Below are positions 60,771 to 64,000 of a stretch of 64,000 nucleotides of DNA, one piece after another. Position 1 is the stretch's first letter. Each line of letters begins with the position of its first letter. The stretch is from Nemertoderma westbladi. Taxonomy: Eukaryota > Animalia > Xenacoelomorpha. Made by a program: the position numbers and the translations under genes. The notes under the pieces are model-generated. The model did not search any database, had not been told where the DNA came from, and worked only from the letters and a program-made list of their open reading frames with translations. Location of the stretch: assembly GCA_032718475.1 (NCBI GenBank), contig JAUCBJ010001214.1:1-64000 (forward strand), given 5' to 3'.

Positions 60771-63700
60771 TCATCTTCTTAAGAAGTTGGATCCACCTAA
60801 CCAGCCTGGAGTATCTATCAGTTCTTGAGGAGTTGCTCCTCTGGAATCGATGTCGGCTGAATTAATCGTCCCAAGGCAATGTCTCCGTTGATCTACATTG
60901 GAGTTAATATCGTCATTATCTGAGGAGTATGGTGTTCCCTCAGTTAGTTCGTCCACTTCACTGCTCTCCACTTCCCAACCATTTATCTGGCATATTCTTT
61001 CTGGTGGTAGTCTCTCTTCGAGAGTTCTGCGGGAAGGGCCAGTAAAGTACCAACCTACTCTAGTTCTTACCGCATAGGTTTGCAGTGGCTGTGGTTGAGC
61101 AGGCCGTTTCTCTAATGTTTCGAGCGCCTCGTGCGCGTTTTGGCCGATGAGTATTTGCACTCCAGGATAATCTGTCTGGAATCGAGGTATCTTAAGATGT
61201 TGGATGCTCTCATCCTCGTCCCAATTATAAAGGTCTGCTTGAGTAGTAGCAAAGTTCTTTATAGCCACCATTTTTACTGACCTTACCTTGTGTTCCTAAC
61301 TTATCCGGGGGGGTGGACAACACACCTACATAGTAATCTGCCGTTAGGGTAGATTTCCAAACCTGCATAATTCCTGACATATTCAATTTAGTCCGGAACT
61401 TGGGTTGTCCAGCAAAGATATCTTCGGCTAGTTCTTGATCGATGAATGTTCCTGTGCTGCCGGAGTCAAGGAGGGCGTTCACTATGTAGCTTTTGTTAAG
61501 ACCGTGAACTCTTACTTGAACTACAGGAAATTCTCTGATTCCTACGTTGGAAGCTGGAGCTTTCCAAGATGGTTGTTTGGCGAAAGTAGTTGGGGGAAAC
61601 TCATCGTTGATGTCCTTTTCGTAAGTAAGTGCTCGATACACTGCGGTATTTATTAGATAACAGGATTCATTGGCGTCGGAGAATTCGTCAGTATAGAATC
61701 CTTCCATCTCAGACTCTTGATCAGTGTCGTTTACGTCACTGAATTGGACATGTAGTTCGGGCTCACTTACCTGACTCAGTTTGTCTCGTTCGAACTCACT
61801 GTGTAACAAGATGTGATGTTTCGCGCCACACTTTGCACACTTTATGTCGGAGTAACAGGTTCGCCGTTGGTGTCCTGATCTGAGGCAATTATAGCATAAC
61901 CGCTTATTCCACAGGACTGTACGTCTGTCTACAAGGGATTTCTTTAGAAATTCAGCACACGCACTCAAACGGTGGGGCCCGTCGCACAGCGCACATTTTG
62001 GTTTGATGTTACTCACCTTAACTTGGTTAACGTTATGCACTCTCATTCTTTCTTCGGGCTTTCTTCCGTGAATTCTCTTAGGAGACGTAGGAGGAGTTGT
62101 TGTTACCTGTTCTCTCCTATCACTGGTTCGAGACTTGTATTTACTTACGTCTTTATAGGTCTTGTTGTCATAGTCAGATTTTGCTGTGTCTTTCCCGCTG
62201 TCCTCTTCTTGAGAAGCTTGGCTTTCGCCGTCATCAGTATAACACACTGGTATTATCCTTCTCCTAGAAACGGGTTTCTCACTTACCTTATTTTCCGATG
62301 TTTTCTCTCTGGACTGCCTTATGAGTTGTAATTTTACTTCACTATCTAAGAAGGACATGAGATCAGCCATGGTAGGACTTCGTCGTTGTTGTTCATTCAT
62401 GTACAACACTTTCTTGTCCCAGCGTGTACATACTCCACCCTTTGGTAAAGTAGAGACTACGGCTCCAATAACCATGGAACTCTGAAATTCATGCGACTTA
62501 CCTAACCAGTCCAGTTGTCTACAGATCTCTTGAATTTCATCGGAAAACTCTATAATCCCGCTACTAAGGAAGTGTCAGGGGGCTACTAATTTTGCATACA
62601 AATACTTAGCTATGTTATCCTTGTTACCATACCTGATGTTTAATGTATCCCAAACTTGTCTTAATCCATCTGGATGTCCAATAAACTTTAACGCCATTAA
62701 CTTGGGAGGTCCTTCCAAGCACTTGATGAGGAATCTAAGTTTCTCTCCGTTAGATAGTACAGAGTTCTGTATGCTATCTTTGTAATATTCGTTGAAAGGT
62801 AACCATTTCATCTCATCTCCATTGAATTTGACGATCTCTCCCACTTTGACCGCTTGGTGGGCTTCTGTTCTAGCCATCTGACGCGTAAAGCTTTCTTGGG
62901 CCATCGTGTTATTTAATATCGAATTATCGGTATATAAATTTCTCGGATCATTATCAGGTCTATAGGGAATATCATTAATAACAGGTCTATAATCACCCTT
63001 AATAGGGTTTGCTATAGGAGTTTCAACTTCACTAGCAGTATAGATGCGTGTAGGCTCCACACCTTGCGCATGTAATACTTCAGACCTAACAGGTTGACAC
63101 AATGTTACAGGGGGTATTGGTATGCCCTTTTGGATATTGACTAATTTGTCGCGTTCTAGTGCGATACTTTGCTGCACTTCTTGCAACTCTGCTCTACCTT
63201 CCCTCACTGTTCCCTTAAGTTGGTGGACAGTCTCCTGCATCTGTCCTAACAGGAGATTCATCCCCCGCCGTCCCTCTTCTACCCACTCAACCGCCGAAGC
63301 GGGAGTCGCCAACATAGTAGCGGGCTGACGCGGGACGAAGGGAGACAAATTTTTGATTTCTCTCTCTGCTATCTGGACAGGGATATTCTCTTGGACTGTT
63401 CCACCGGGTACAGGCAGTGTAGTACTATGTAAAGGGAATTTAGAGTTAAGCTCTGGAAGTACAGGGGTCTCTAACACAGAAGTGACTTTGGGAACGACAG
63501 GCCTAATTATTTCAGGCTCATCAACTATTGTAGGGAGTCTTTTGACCTTAATACTTTGGGCTGTAGGTTCTATACTACTCAAGTCTGTGCTAGCTAGCTG
63601 TCTTCTAACAGCTGGGGGCAAATCAGGCAATTTGCGACGGTAAGATGTTTTTCTACGCCTACTTAGATGAGATCTATTTCCTCTGCCTTCAGGATCGGTG

Positions 63701-63993
63701 GTCTCGCCTTCCTCCGAGGATGTGTATCCCTGGCGCTTGGGAGTAGATTTTCTCATCATCTGCATTTGATTAGCAGTGAACTGTTTATTTATACTGTCTT
63801 GCGTCTCTTGCAGATTTTCCAACTCCAGTTGGATAGTCTCCTCAGAAGCTCTCCGTTCTGCTTCTGCCACTGCTGCTTTTCTTTCTGCTTCTGCTTCTGC
63901 CGCCTTTCTTTCGGCTTCTGCCTTCTTTCTTTCGGCTTCTGCTTCTTCCGCTTTTCTTTCGGCTTCTGCTTCTGCCGCCGCTGCTGCTGCCAC
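60771..63993 (-). pseudogene. Bel/Pao gag plus aspartic protease (in-frame stop at 62575, frameshift ~61280)
   Basis: KFNGDEMKWLPF...EKLRFLIKCLEGPPK...LNIRYG (Pao gag). CALCDGPHRLSAC, CYNCLRSGHQRRTC, CAKCGAKHHILLH. Protease ALLDSGSTGTFI. Confidence 0.9.
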
Positions 63994-64000
63994 CTTTCTT

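Larger units (their letters stand above)
53439..64000 (-). mobile_element. Bel/Pao LTR retrotransposon copy B (gag-protease, internally deleted pol, intact accessory ORF, 3' LTR); continues past the window
   Basis: Bel/Pao gag triple knuckle and protease. Only small pol remnants (60575-60960) match copy A. Confidence 0.92.

Overview
Repeat-dense eukaryotic (invertebrate animal-like, AT-rich) window. Host-type genes are an intronless class A GPCR, two tandem small heat-shock protein copies embedded in a 17-bp satellite, and an intronless SDS3-like ORF. The rest is mostly mobile DNA: a near full-length APE-type LINE; four insertions of one RTE family; a decayed Gypsy element carrying nested inserts (Merlin-like MITE, CRE fragment, tRNA-SINE with a hammerhead ribozyme); foldback palindromes; several minisatellites; and two related Bel/Pao LTR retrotransposons on the minus strand. 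The best candidate for an undescribed system is the Bel/Pao accessory module between pol and the 3' LTR. It encodes a 1417-aa non-env protein with a DEDDy/DnaQ-like 3'-5' exonuclease fold plus zinc knuckles, shows a purifying-selection signature between the two copies, and is preceded by a conserved structured RNA leader. All family assignments come from motif recognition by eye; no searches were run.
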